Assembly: GCF_001194135.2 (NCBI RefSeq)
Contig: NC_068981.1
Location: 199,435,774-199,499,773 of the forward strand
DNA length: 64,000 bases
Direction: 5' to 3'
Origin: Octopus bimaculoides
Taxonomy: Eukaryota
Shown here: one piece after another, positions 63,461 through 64,000 of the stretch
Position numbering within the stretch: position 1 is the stretch's first letter
Layout of the letters: each line of letters starts with the position of its first letter
The notes under the pieces: model-generated
What the model was told of the DNA's origin: nothing
What the model saw: the letters and a program-made list of their open reading frames with translations, nothing else
Databases searched by the model: none
Program-made: the position numbers and the translations under genes

Positions 63461-63665
63461 GCAAGCTGGCAGAATCGTTAGCCCGCCAGGCAAAAAGCTT
63501 AGCAGTATTTCATCTGTCTTTATGTTTTGAGTTCAAATTCCACCCAGGTCAACCTTGTCTTTCATCCTTTTGAAGTCATTACAATAAGTACCAGTTGAGT
63601 ACTGGGGTCGATGTAATTGACTTACTCTTTCCCCATAACTTGATGGCCTTATACCAGTATCTATA
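63461..63665 (+). mobile_element. tRNA-derived SINE with Deu/Nin-like domain
   Basis: Collinear with 15192-15414. Confidence 0.82.
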
Positions 63666-63734
63666 GAAGTTCTATATTTTATTCACCTGGATCATTTGTA
63701 TTTACATATATACAACAGTTGAATGAATATATTA

Positions 63735-63881
63735 TTTACAATTGACGGATATTTGTTTGTTGTTGTCATCTTTGTTGTTAACAACGTTTCGGCTGATATA
63801 CCCTCCAGCCTTCATCAGGTGTCTTGGGAAAGTTTTGAACCTGGGTTCTCATTCGGAAGGTATTTTTCGATGTTGTTGTTG

Positions 63882-63949
<68 letters not shown>

Positions 63950-63950
63950 G
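63735..63950 (-). mobile_element. Penelope-type terminal fragment with hammerhead motif (63778-63823) and (TTA)n
   Basis: Core identical to 13283-13328. Confidence 0.72.
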
Positions 63951-64000
63951 TTCAGTAGTCTTATTTTTATAACGTGCTTTCACTTCACTACTGAGTGCAG

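Overview
AT-rich, repeat-dense animal genomic DNA with five N gaps. The SINE/LINE families and the dense (CA)n, (TA)n, (CATA)n and (GAT)n microsatellites look like an Octopus (coleoid cephalopod) draft assembly; this is inferred from recognition of the repeats, not from a database search. I find no confidently identifiable host protein-coding gene and no intact transposon ORF, so the window reads as intronic or intergenic. It holds decayed mariner/Tc1 elements, a Chapaev3 DNA transposon, a Gypsy pol remnant with PPT and LTR, a probable solo LTR, an R4/Dong RLE fragment, RTE LINE fragments, Penelope GIY-YIG remnants, several SINE families, and piggyBac-type and hAT-type MITEs. The most interesting signals are four: (1) minimal type-I hammerhead ribozyme motifs from several unrelated families, mostly with palindromic stem III, one inside a ~300-nt hairpin-dense retrozyme-like unit at 57.5-57.8 kb; (2) a compact minus-strand Pol II promoter module at 14.2-14.5 kb (paired repeats, GTCACGTGAC, TATA at -29, Inr, first exon, splice donor); (3) an RTE LINE whose 3' UTR carries a copy-number-variable array of 66-bp hairpin modules and a SINE-type conserved domain; (4) nested and inverted repeats able to form dsRNA. 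Coordinates of decayed elements are approximate.
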